From assembly GCA_015066015.1 (NCBI GenBank), contig SVPE01000005.1, positions 68,533-132,532 of the forward strand: 64,000 nucleotides of DNA, read 5' to 3'. A model generated the notes under the pieces. The model was not told the DNA's origin. It saw only the letters and a list, made by a program, of their open reading frames with translations, and searched no databases. This document shows positions 1 through 8,737 of this stretch, piece after piece. Both the position numbers and the translations under genes were made by a program. This DNA comes from Oscillospiraceae bacterium (lineage in GTDB: Bacteria > Bacillota > Clostridia > Oscillospirales > Acutalibacteraceae). The stretch's first letter is position 1, and each line of letters begins with the position of its first letter.

Positions 1-29
1 CTTCATATTTAAGGTGGTGAAAGATTCAC

Positions 30-773
30 ATGAAACAATATGCAATAGAGGTTGATCATGTAAGTATGCTCTTTCACCTTAACCGTGAAAGGGTAGACAA
101 TGCAAAGGAATATGTAATTCGTTTCCTTACAAGGAAACTGCATTACACAAAGTTCTGGGCGCTGAAGGATGTTTCCTTTAAAGTAGAAAAGGGAGACCGT
201 GTCGGTGTCCTCGGCTTCAACGGTGCAGGTAAGAGTACACTTCTTAAAACAATCGCAGGTGTACTCAAGCCTACAATGGGCACAGTAAAGGTTTCGGGAG
301 TAATCGCTCCTATGCTTGAGCTGGGTGCCGGCTTCGATCCGAATTATTCCGGTGCGGAAAATATTTACCTTTACGGAGCCACAATGGGCTTTTCAAGAAG
401 GTTTATCGACGAAAAGTATGATGAAATTGTGGAATTCTCCGAGCTTGGTGAGTTTATTGATGCTCCGCTCAAGAGCTACTCCTCAGGAATGAAGAGTCGT
501 CTGGGCTTTTCAATTGCAACGGCTGTCAAGCCCGATGTGCTGATTCTTGATGAGGTGCTTTCGGTAGGTGATGCCGCTTTCAAAGATAAGAGCGAGCAGA
601 GAATTCTCGATATGATGGCAGATGGCGTAACGGTGCTTTTTGTTTCGCACAGCACAGAGCGCGTCAAGAAAATCTGTAACAAGGCAATTATTCTCACAAA
701 GGGTCAGCTTGTGGCCCAGGGTGAGGCAAACGAAATCTGTGAGATTTACACAGAGATGGTGAATAAGAAGTAA
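30..773 (+). CDS. ABC transporter ATP-binding protein, glycopolymer (teichoic acid / O-antigen) exporter class (TagH/Wzt-like)
   Basis: 247-aa ORF with an AAGGTGGTGA RBS. Walker A is GFNGAGKSTLLK, the ABC signature is YSSGMKSRLGF and Walker B is VLILDE. The N-terminal FWALKDVSF..KG..VG and LELGAGFDP motifs are typical of TagH/KpsT/Wzt ATPases. Confidence 0.9.
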   Translation: MKQYAIEVDHVSMLFHLNRERVDNAKEYVIRFLTRKLHYTKFWALKDVSFKVEKGDRVGVLGFNGAGKSTLLKTIAGVLKPTMGTVKVSGVIAPMLELGAGFDPNYSGAENIYLYGATMGFSRRFIDEKYDEIVEFSELGEFIDAPLKSYSSGMKSRLGFSIATAVKPDVLILDEVLSVGDAAFKDKSEQRILDMMADGVTVLFVSHSTERVKKICNKAIILTKGQLVAQGEANEICEIYTEMVNKK

Positions 774-800
774 AGTTTCAGCCAAGACAGATATTTTATA

Positions 801-830
801 TCTTCCCCGTAGTTTCGGGGGAGATTTTTG
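801..830 (+). terminator. Rho-independent terminator after the ABC ATPase gene
   Basis: Hairpin CTTCCCCG-tagttt-CGGGGGAG followed by ATTTTTG. Confidence 0.6.
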
Positions 831-952
831 TATTTATAAACATCAAAAGTATTATTAAGGAGCACAAGAGGTCAAAATCACCAAACAAGAATTAACATTT
901 TCGTCACAAGACACAATTTTTTAATAATTATAAAAGTTTTTAAGAATTGATA

Positions 953-982
953 TTGACTTTATTGATTTTGAAATGATATACT
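953..982 (+). promoter_or_regulatory. sigma-A type promoter of the 2,374-aa gene (TTGACT, 18 nt, TGaTATACT extended -10)
   Basis: -35 TTGACT at 953-958 and -10 TATACT at 977-982, with TG at 974-975. The same AAATGATATACT string precedes the 10,378-aa gene. This leaves a ~200-nt leader. Confidence 0.55.
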
Positions 983-1184
983 GATACTAACTAAAAGTGA
1001 CTCTATATACCCTTTTGCGCCCAAATTGCGAAAAACGGTCAGGTCAGGGACTGCGCAAAGCGGCAACCTGAGGGTAAAAAGAGCACGGTAAGTTTCGTTC
1101 TGACGGTTAATATTAAAAGGATCGCTTATGCGGTCTTTAAGCCGTTTTACATAACGACATATTTTTATTAAGGAGGAAATCTTA

Positions 1185-4100
1185 ATGAAAAATTATTTAA
1201 AGAAAAGCTTATCTCTTTTAATGGCAGTTCTTATGATTCTGTCCTGCTGGGTGTGGATTGCACCTGATAAGGCAGAGGCAGCAACATCAGGATATTATCC
1301 TTTAACTCTTGTTTGGGATGTTAAAGACGAGGTTAACGGCGGTTCTGCAAAAGTAACGGTTACTTATACAACTAATAACGGAACCGGATCCTCGACCAGT
1401 AAAGAATATAGTATGGATGCTCTTAAAAGTAATACAGGTTCGGTTACTTGGTCCCAGGAGATTCCCGGCTTCCCGACGAATATTTCTATCACAATCGACA
1501 ACGAGGGTATGCGTCAGTTTGAAATGGTATTGCAGTCGATCACAATAGCAGGCAGAACGATTGGTACAGGTGACTGGACATTTAAGTCAACCTGGGGCAG
1601 TGCCTCAAAAAACTATCCTCAGGCCGGCGGCGGTGACTGGGGTACTGTTGACCCTACTACTAACTGGACCAAGCCTTTCCTCAACACAGCAACTGCAACT
1701 CTTGACCCCACTTCACATACACTTGCTAAGATAAATTCCGGTACAAATTCAACATCAACAATTTCTCTCAGCGGTTTTGTTGATGATTATGGTATTGACT
1801 GGAAAGGTACAGTTACTTCCACTTTCAATCTTCGTGTTGACGATGGTATAACACTTGGCTCAAATGCTACAATTGCCGGTAGCGGTAACAGCAGAACCAT
1901 TACAATCAAGCCCTGGTTCCAGACACTCTATTCGGGCAAACAGAATGCAAAGCTTTATATAGACTGGACTGCAACGGGCGGTAGCGGTACAAAGACAGGT
2001 ATAGAAACCATTACCGTTGACTTCCCCACCTACAAGGCAACCTTTGATGCTAACGGTGGTAAGATAGGTAACGATGACTCTGAAGCTAAGGATCAGATCG
2101 TTCTTGAAGGCGAAAAGATGAACATCGGTTCAATCATCGGTAAGGCTCCTGCTTATGCAACAAAGGACGGATTTGAGTTCAAGGGCTTCTATTCAACAAA
2201 GAATGCTGATGCAACAGGACTTAATGCCTCATTCAGCGGAACAAAGTTTAAAGATAATGAAACCACCATTCCCGCAGCTTCTACAGGTAACGGCGATACA
2301 ACCTGGTATGCTGCATGGCAGGCACTTCCCATCACTGCAACCTTCGTAACAGCTGACAATCAGCTTATCGGTACAGTTGAAGGTCGTTACAATAACTATA
2401 TGACTGCATCAAACATGTACAACGGTGATGCAGGACTTAATGCTGCAGTCAAGGCTGCTTATACAGGTTCAACTGTTAAGTTCAACAGCAACAACCAACC
2501 TATCTATACAGACGGTTCAACAAATTATACCTTCGACGGTTGGAAAATCATCAAAGCTTACGATGAAAGCGTTGTTGACGGTAACGAAGATACCGTTCTT
2601 CATGGTGACGTAACCTTCCAGGCAGTTTATAGAAAGGCTGATGCTGCTACATATACCGTTTCATTTGAAGACGGTAACGGCACGGTTATTTCAACACGGA
2701 GTGGTTATAAGTACAGAGACGATGTTACAAACATTCCTGCTAATGATCCCACCAAGGCTCAGGACGACAGATATGACTATGAGTTCATCGGTTGGGCAAA
2801 GGATATCGGCAAGAATTTCTACACTGTTGATGAATATGACAACGATGAAAACGGTGCAAAAATCGTTTACACACATAAGGATGGCGCCGAATTTATCGTT
2901 AAGGGCGATGCATCCTATGTTCCCGTATTCAGAATGATTCCCCGTGAATACAAGGTAACTTATAACTACATAGTTGACGGTGGTAATTCTGCAAGTATTG
3001 TTGTTGAGGGCTTCCACTGGCATGACGCGCCCACTATGCCCGAAATTAAGGATAATTACACAGCTGTCGGTTACAGATATTACCTTCTTGGTTGGAAGGT
3101 AAACAATACCGGAGAGATAAAGCAGCTTGATGAAATCGCTGTTAACGGTGATATGAGCCTTACTGCAGCTTACGGTAATCGCGAAGCTGCAAAGTACACC
3201 ATCAACTTCTACGGTAAGGATGTTGACGGTGAAACAGATGTACATCTTAACCCGGAAGCAAATATTTATGAGCATAATACAGCTGTAACTGTTCCTGATG
3301 TTGCTCCGACAATCGATACCGAGGATGCACTTTACACCTTTGCAGGTTGGTCACCTGAAATAAAGACAACTGCAAGCGGTGACGCTGAATATTATGCAAC
3401 ATATACAAAGAAGGATTATGCAGACCTTCACTTCTATAATTATGACGGAACCCTTATTGACGAACTCGACGGTAAAGAGAACAGTCTCTTTGTAGGTGAA
3501 ACAATTCCCGCTTTCACAGATGAAACACCGGTTAAGGAAGCTGATGTTGTCGGTACCTATAACTTCACAGGCTGGGCAGATGCAAGCGGTAACGAAGTTG
3601 TTCCCGGTACAGATAAATTCACCGGTGACACATACCTCACCGCACAGTTTGAAACTGATTATACAGAGTATAAAGTTATGTTTGTAAACGAAGGCGCAGT
3701 TGTTTCTGAAAAAGATTATCACTACGGTGAGGAAATTGTAATTCCTGATAATCCCACAAAGGCAGCTGACGTTGAGTATATCTATGACTTCAGAGCATGG
3801 TCACCCGACGTTTCAAAGGTTTGCTACGGCGAAGCAACCTACGAAGCAACCTACAGAAGAACTCCTCAGTATTATACTGTTACATGGCTTAATGATGCTA
3901 AGGCAATTCATACAGAAAGTAACTATCAGTATAATGCAAAGATTCAGCAGGCAGTAATCAACGATCCTGTAAGCTATGATGCTCCTGAAACAGGTAAGAC
4001 ATGGGCATTCAAGCACTGGGTACAGTGTGATGCAGACGGCAATGATATCCTTGTTGACGATGAGCAGGTAATCTTTGCACGTGGTATGAGAATGCCTGCA

Positions 4101-7100
4101 GAGCATCTCTACTTCTATCCTGTATTTGAGCAAGTAGATAATGTTCTTACAGTAACCTTCTATAAGGAAGACGGCACATCTCTTCTTGGTGAAGCTAAGA
4201 TTCCTTATGGCGGAAACATTGCTGATTATGCAGAGCCCTTCGCAGCAAAGGCTCCCAAGATTTCCGATGATACCTACCACTATATTATCAACAAGTGGGT
4301 AAATGTCAATGGTGGAGCAGATGTAACTAAAATCACTGCTGATGTTTCAGTTAAGCCGGACTATACATCGGAAGCTCATAACAAGCAGATTTATGAGGTC
4401 GTTGCAGAGCCCACCTGTAATGTTCCCGGCTACGGTCACTTCAGATGTGTGGATCAAGAAGGACGTATCGTTGAAGAGTGTACAGAAATCGACTACAATG
4501 TGGCTATTGCTCCCATCGCTGATGAAGGTGAGCCTACCGGTCAGATTTATGTGGGTACAGATAAGTGGACACTTGCTCAGTTTGATGCAGGCATTGATTA
4601 TACTGATGTCAAGTTTGTAGGTCCTAATACTCAGCTCATCGTAAATGCTGAAGATACAGGTACACGTTCAATGCCCTGGAATAACGAAGGTGAGCTTTCA
4701 AGAGGCGTAGGTAAGATCGAGTACTATGTTTCCGAAGAAGAAATAGATGATCTTACCATTGTAACAGAAGGTTGGACAGAAATCTACAACTATGAAGCTC
4801 TCAGACAGGAAGCACTCAACACAGTTCTTGCTGAAAAGAAGCTTACACTTGTTGATTATGACGGTTATTTAAGAGGCGGTCTTGAAGCTCAGATGAAGAA
4901 GGCAGAAATTGACAGAACAGTTGATGCTCTCCTTTCAATCTACAATGCAAACGCAACAGATGTTCTTTCAAACCTTAACCTTGTTAACGGTAAGGAATAC
5001 ATCATTTATATCAAGGTTTCCGACCGTGAAGGAAACGGTGAAGTAAACGTTAATTACTTCAGCTCAGGTTCTGTCAGCTACGGTTCAACAGCTGCGGAAA
5101 TTGCAGTAAGCGGTGAAGGCTACGGCACAAAGTTCTGCGCAGAGGCAACAATTAAGGTTACTGATGATAATGACGGCTTCAAGGTATTCGTTGATGAGGA
5201 TAAGGTTACTCTTACAAACGGCGAATACATTTGTGACAAGGCTGGCGTTCATACCGTAACTGTTATTGACAAGCACGGAAACAAAACAACTAAGATCTTT
5301 GAAATTAAGGGCAGCCACTCCTATAGAAACTACACAATTGCTGCTACATGTGAAAATGCAGGCTCAAGATATGACCTTTGTACTCTTTGCGGTGCAAAGG
5401 CAAATGAGACAGTACTTCCTGCACTCGGTCACAGTTATATAACAAACTTCATTGATAAGGATCCTGACTGTATCAACGATGGTACAAGAACATACGTCTG
5501 TGAAAACAACTGCGGTATTAAGCTCGTGCTTAAGCCTACAGATGATGCAGCTACAATTGCACAGGCAAAGAAGAATGTAGAAGGTCAGGAAGAGCCTGTT
5601 TCCCTTACAGCTGAAGACCTTGAGCATCTTAAAGCTACAGGTGTTCATACTTATGAAAAGGTTAAGGATGCCAACGGCAATGATACAGATGATGCATGGG
5701 TAATTGACAAAGAAGCAACATGTAAGGTTGCAGGTTCAAAACACAAGGATTGTACAAAGTGCGGTTACAGAGTAACTGAAGATATTGCTGTTGATACAGA
5801 AAACGGCCACAAGTTCTACCGTGAAAAGGTAACTCTTGAACCCACATGTACTGAAAAGGGTGAAAAGACAAAGACCTGCCGTTATTGTGGTTATAAAGAA
5901 ATAGTTGAAGAACTTGATGCACTTGGTCACAGTGAAGGCGAGTACAGAGTAATCGCTGACGCAACATGTGAAGTTGCCGGTTCAAAGATCCTCACTTGTG
6001 CAGTCTGCGGTGTTGACATCGGTGAGCCCATTGAGGTTGATGGCAAAGTAACCGGTTTTGACGGCAAGGAAGTTGAGATTCCTGCAACAGCTCACGCATG
6101 GAAGATCAGCGGTGAAGTATACGAAGAAAATGGTAAGTATTATCAGGACTATGTATGTAGAAAAGATAGCAATCATACCAAGAGAGAGGAAGTAGCAGAT
6201 TATCAGCCTCCCGTTGCTGCAACTGTCACCTTCGACTTCAATGGCGGTTCATACACAGTTCCTGCAGTAGGTAACCCCAATGAGATCGGCTATGTTCCCG
6301 AAATGCTCAAGGGCACTCAGGCAATCAGTACTTTCGTTGGTGAATCAATCGGTGCTGACGAAGTTGAGACAGCTTTCAAGCAGGATAATGCAACAAAGAC
6401 CTATAAGTTCGCTTATTGGGCAACCAAGAATGCTGATGGAACATATACCGAAGTTAATTTCCCCATCGAGGTTAAGGGCGATGCTACTTACTATGCAGTT
6501 TATACAGAAAAGTATGTAAACTATACAATTACATATTATAAGGAAGATGGCACAACCGAATTCAAGAAAGTTGGTTACCTCCATAATGGTGACGAAGTTG
6601 CACTTGTAGACGGTCCCTCAAAGGCAGAAACCAATCTTGTTAAGTATGTGTTTGCAGGTTGGAAGGAAACAACAGGAGATAAGGTTTACACCGATAAGGT
6701 AACAATCGACGGTGCAAACATCAACCTCAAGGCAACATATACAGAGGTTAAGAAGCAGTATGCAGTTACATACGCTTACTCAAGCAGCAACATCATTCAC
6801 ACTTACACCGTTACAGCCGGTGATCCCGCACCTGATGTTCGCAATGATTTTGATGTTGAAAAGGGATACGATACAAAGTATCACTATGAGTTCAAAGAAT
6901 GGAACAGAGATGCTCAGCTTGCAAAGGTCGAGAGCAACATTTACACAACACCTAACTTTGACCCCGTTCTTCATACATACGATCATGCAGGCGGCAAGAC
7001 TCTTCTTACTGCTGCAGACTGTACAAACAAGGCAGTATATACCTATACCTGTACTTGCGGATACAGCTATACAAAGGCTGAAGGTGAAGCACTCGGTCAT

Positions 7101-8309
7101 GATTGGGGTGATTATGTAGCCGGCGAAGACGGCAAGAGCGTCAGAACGTGTAAAAGATGTCAGGCCAAAGACGAAAATACAACAACATTTACAATCAAAT
7201 TCTTCAAGTATGCTGATGACACAGAAGATCTCAAGACTATCAGCTACATTCCCTGGAACACAATAATTGCAGCAACAAGACTTCCTGCAGCTCCCTCCAA
7301 GGAATCAGACTCAATGTATGATTATAAGTTTGCAGGCTGGATTGAAAAGGGTGATGCAACAGAAGCAGTTGTAGATTTCACAAATCTTGCTATCACAAAG
7401 AACTATGAATTTGTTGCAAAGTTTGACAAGACAATCAGAGAGTACAGTGTAATCTTCGCATATGATGCAAAGAATGCGATTCAGATCTCCACAAAGGTTC
7501 CTGCAGGTTCAAGTGTTAAATTCGAAGGAAGCATTCCTGTTAAGGAGTGTGATGTAAACTATCATTACACCTTCAGCGGATGGGAAGGCTATGAAGGCAC
7601 AGCTCACGACATTACTGTTACAAGTGTACAGTGCGATCTCTATATCCTTGCAAAGTTTGACAAAGCTCCTCATACATTCACAAGCTATGAGCTTGCAGCA
7701 GCTACCTGCACAAACGGTACCGGTACAAGATATTACTGTGACTGTGACGGCAACGGAGAGTTTACTGAAAAGGTCAACGGTAAATTTGTTGACTATTACT
7801 ATGATATAACAGGCAAGCCTCTTGATCATAAGTATAAAGAAATCACTCGTGTAGAAGCTACTCCTGACAGAGACGGTTATGTTAAGTATGAGTGTGAGAC
7901 CTGCGGTGCAACTACAGAGGAAACTCTTAAGTATAACGACAATACAATTGAAGTTAAGGTATATGCCGAGCATAATGGCAAACCCGCTTCAGGTATTAAG
8001 GTTGAAATCAGATCTCTCAGCACCGGCGCAGCGGTTTATGGCACAACAAATGCAAACGGTATTGCTATATTCAGAGTTGACAAGGATGATGCATATCAGT
8101 GTTATGCAAATGAAACCTTAATTACACTTACAACTGTTGCAAACGGCAATCTTGAAGGCGTATACAGCTACACAGATCAGGCAAACTGCACATGTGCTTG
8201 CCATCGTGACAATGTCTGGGGTGCAATCTTCAGATTCTTCCATAAGATTATCAAGCTCTTCACAGGCGAATTCAAGTGCTGCGGCAACCCCGACCCGATG
8301 TACGGCTAA
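1185..8309 (+). CDS. giant secreted repeat protein (2,374 aa): InlB-B/Listeria-Bacteroides-type repeats plus Cys-rich units; function unknown
   Basis: 7.1-kb ORF with SD AAGGAGG upstream of the ATG and signal peptide MKNYLKKSLSLLMAVLMILSCWVWIAPDKAEA. It has 14 units of the pattern Y-x-V-x-F...Y-x-F-x-GW...Y-x-A-x-Y and about 9 Cys-rich units. A CarboxypepD_reg-like beta domain (IEVKVYAEHNGKPASGIKVEIRS..NANGIAIFRV) lies near the C-terminus, followed by a Cys-rich amphipathic tail. Confidence 0.95.
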   Translation: MKNYLKKSLSLLMAVLMILSCWVWIAPDKAEAATSGYYPLTLVWDVKDEVNGGSAKVTVTYTTNNGTGSSTSKEYSMDALKSNTGSVTWSQEIPGFPTNISITIDNEGMRQFEMVLQSITIAGRTIGTGDWTFKSTWGSASKNYPQAGGGDWGTVDPTTNWTKPFLNTATATLDPTSHTLAKINSGTNSTSTISLSGFVDDYGIDWKGTVTSTFNLRVDDGITLGSNATIAGSGNSRTITIKPWFQTLYSGKQNAKLYIDWTATGGSGTKTGIETITVDFPTYKATFDANGGKIGNDDSEAKDQIVLEGEKMNIGSIIGKAPAYATKDGFEFKGFYSTKNADATGLNASFSGTKFKDNETTIPAASTGNGDTTWYAAWQALPITATFVTADNQLIGTVEGRYNNYMTASNMYNGDAGLNAAVKAAYTGSTVKFNSNNQPIYTDGSTNYTFDGWKIIKAYDESVVDGNEDTVLHGDVTFQAVYRKADAATYTVSFEDGNGTVISTRSGYKYRDDVTNIPANDPTKAQDDRYDYEFIGWAKDIGKNFYTVDEYDNDENGAKIVYTHKDGAEFIVKGDASYVPVFRMIPREYKVTYNYIVDGGNSASIVVEGFHWHDAPTMPEIKDNYTAVGYRYYLLGWKVNNTGEIKQLDEIAVNGDMSLTAAYGNREAAKYTINFYGKDVDGETDVHLNPEANIYEHNTAVTVPDVAPTIDTEDALYTFAGWSPEIKTTASGDAEYYATYTKKDYADLHFYNYDGTLIDELDGKENSLFVGETIPAFTDETPVKEADVVGTYNFTGWADASGNEVVPGTDKFTGDTYLTAQFETDYTEYKVMFVNEGAVVSEKDYHYGEEIVIPDNPTKAADVEYIYDFRAWSPDVSKVCYGEATYEATYRRTPQYYTVTWLNDAKAIHTESNYQYNAKIQQAVINDPVSYDAPETGKTWAFKHWVQCDADGNDILVDDEQVIFARGMRMPAEHLYFYPVFEQVDNVLTVTFYKEDGTSLLGEAKIPYGGNIADYAEPFAAKAPKISDDTYHYIINKWVNVNGGADVTKITADVSVKPDYTSEAHNKQIYEVVAEPTCNVPGYGHFRCVDQEGRIVEECTEIDYNVAIAPIADEGEPTGQIYVGTDKWTLAQFDAGIDYTDVKFVGPNTQLIVNAEDTGTRSMPWNNEGELSRGVGKIEYYVSEEEIDDLTIVTEGWTEIYNYEALRQEALNTVLAEKKLTLVDYDGYLRGGLEAQMKKAEIDRTVDALLSIYNANATDVLSNLNLVNGKEYIIYIKVSDREGNGEVNVNYFSSGSVSYGSTAAEIAVSGEGYGTKFCAEATIKVTDDNDGFKVFVDEDKVTLTNGEYICDKAGVHTVTVIDKHGNKTTKIFEIKGSHSYRNYTIAATCENAGSRYDLCTLCGAKANETVLPALGHSYITNFIDKDPDCINDGTRTYVCENNCGIKLVLKPTDDAATIAQAKKNVEGQEEPVSLTAEDLEHLKATGVHTYEKVKDANGNDTDDAWVIDKEATCKVAGSKHKDCTKCGYRVTEDIAVDTENGHKFYREKVTLEPTCTEKGEKTKTCRYCGYKEIVEELDALGHSEGEYRVIADATCEVAGSKILTCAVCGVDIGEPIEVDGKVTGFDGKEVEIPATAHAWKISGEVYEENGKYYQDYVCRKDSNHTKREEVADYQPPVAATVTFDFNGGSYTVPAVGNPNEIGYVPEMLKGTQAISTFVGESIGADEVETAFKQDNATKTYKFAYWATKNADGTYTEVNFPIEVKGDATYYAVYTEKYVNYTITYYKEDGTTEFKKVGYLHNGDEVALVDGPSKAETNLVKYVFAGWKETTGDKVYTDKVTIDGANINLKATYTEVKKQYAVTYAYSSSNIIHTYTVTAGDPAPDVRNDFDVEKGYDTKYHYEFKEWNRDAQLAKVESNIYTTPNFDPVLHTYDHAGGKTLLTAADCTNKAVYTYTCTCGYSYTKAEGEALGHDWGDYVAGEDGKSVRTCKRCQAKDENTTTFTIKFFKYADDTEDLKTISYIPWNTIIAATRLPAAPSKESDSMYDYKFAGWIEKGDATEAVVDFTNLAITKNYEFVAKFDKTIREYSVIFAYDAKNAIQISTKVPAGSSVKFEGSIPVKECDVNYHYTFSGWEGYEGTAHDITVTSVQCDLYILAKFDKAPHTFTSYELAAATCTNGTGTRYYCDCDGNGEFTEKVNGKFVDYYYDITGKPLDHKYKEITRVEATPDRDGYVKYECETCGATTEETLKYNDNTIEVKVYAEHNGKPASGIKVEIRSLSTGAAVYGTTNANGIAIFRVDKDDAYQCYANETLITLTTVANGNLEGVYSYTDQANCTCACHRDNVWGAIFRFFHKIIKLFTGEFKCCGNPDPMYG
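2031..4368 (+). repeat. block of 9 Listeria/Bacteroides-type (Flg_new / InlB B-repeat-like) units, ~70-100 aa each
   Basis: Unit starts are YKATFDANGGKIG, ITATFVTADNQ, YTVSFEDGNG, YKVTYNYIVDGG, YTINFYGKDVDG, LHFYNYDG, YKVMFVNEG, YTVTWLNDA and LTVTFYKEDG. Each ends in a Y-x-F-x-GW ... Y-x-A/P-x-Y/F pattern. Confidence 0.7.
5331..6180 (+). repeat. cluster of Cys-rich units (C-x6-G-x5-C-x2-CG ... LGH)
   Basis: ATCENAGSRYDLCTLCGAKANETVLPALGHSY; DCINDGTRTYVCENNCG; ATCKVAGSKHKDCTKCGY..ENGHKF; PTCTEKGEKTKTCRYCGYKEIVEELDALGHSEGEY; ATCEVAGSKILTCAVCG. Single extra units lie at ~4405-4490, ~7010-7170 and ~7690-7940. Confidence 0.7.
6219..6963 (+). repeat. second block of 3 Listeria/Bacteroides-type units
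   Basis: ATVTFDFNGGSY..YKFAYW..YYAVYTE; YTITYYKEDG..YVFAGW..LKATYTE; YAVTYAYSS..YEFKEW. Confidence 0.65.
7186..7660 (+). repeat. third block of 2 Listeria/Bacteroides-type units
   Basis: FTIKFFKYADD..YKFAGW..FVAKFD; YSVIFAYDAKN..YTFSGW..ILAKFD. Confidence 0.6.
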
Positions 8310-8334
8310 TTAAATAACGGCCTCCGGGCTTCAG

Positions 8335-8369
8335 AAAGGCATCTTCTTCGGAAGATGCCTTTCTTTATT
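8335..8369 (+). terminator. strong Rho-independent terminator of the 2,374-aa gene
   Basis: Perfect 12-bp stem AAAGGCATCTTC-ttcg-GAAGATGCCTTT followed by CTTTATT, 26 nt after the stop codon. Confidence 0.85.
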
Positions 8370-8412
8370 GACTGAAAAGAAAAATGATTACAGAAAACAT
8401 ATAATTTGGTAC

Positions 8413-8487
8413 ATCTTGTGGCAGTAGTGTCTTAAAACACAAGATATCGTTTTTGGTCCCTTTTACTAAAAGAGACCTCGTTTTTTT
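8413..8487 (+). terminator. two further terminator-like hairpins with T-runs
   Basis: ATCTTGTG-(17 nt)-CACAAGAT followed by ATCGTTTTTGG. Then GGTCCCTTT-tacta-AAAGAGACC (one mismatch) followed by TCGTTTTTTT. Confidence 0.45.
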
Positions 8488-8574
8488 GTCAAAATAACAG
8501 ATTTGTTAAACTAAACAAATTAAAATTAATACATCTATGCAAAATGTAGAATTAAAAAAAAATTAAAAAATATA

Positions 8575-8603
8575 TTGAAAATCTTGAGTTCAAATGATAT
8601 ACT
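8575..8603 (+). promoter_or_regulatory. sigma-A type promoter of the 10,378-aa gene (TTGAAA, 17 nt, TGaTATACT extended -10)
   Basis: -35 TTGAAA at 8575-8580 and -10 TATACT at 8598-8603, with TG at 8595-8596. It sits in a very AT-rich upstream region and leaves a ~135-nt leader. Confidence 0.55.
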
Positions 8604-8737
8604 TACTATAGTTATAGGTGTCTCTATGGGCGAATTGCACCCTTTTTTAGGGAAATTCGCTTTAAAAGCGTTATTTTTGACGCTGAGAAATCCTATTTTA
8701 GATCATATACAATCTTTCATTTAAGGAGGAAAATTTT

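Noticed and set aside
30-773. The idea that the upstream ABC ATPase is the dedicated exporter of the giant proteins (T1SS-like).
   Set aside because: Its sequence is of the TagH/Wzt/KpsT glycopolymer-export class, not the HlyB class. A terminator and a 400-nt gap separate it from the giant genes. Both giants carry ordinary Sec signal peptides and lack C-terminal RTX-type secretion signals.
1010-1090. A possible c-di-GMP-I (GEMM-I) riboswitch in the leader of the 2,374-aa gene, suggested by GGGACUGCGCAAAGCGG.
   Set aside because: Only the ACGCAAAGC-like half-site resembles the consensus. I could not find the paired GGCAAACC element, the GNRA tetraloop-receptor stems or the P1 closure. The leader of the second giant gene lacks the string. 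An Infernal scan would settle it.
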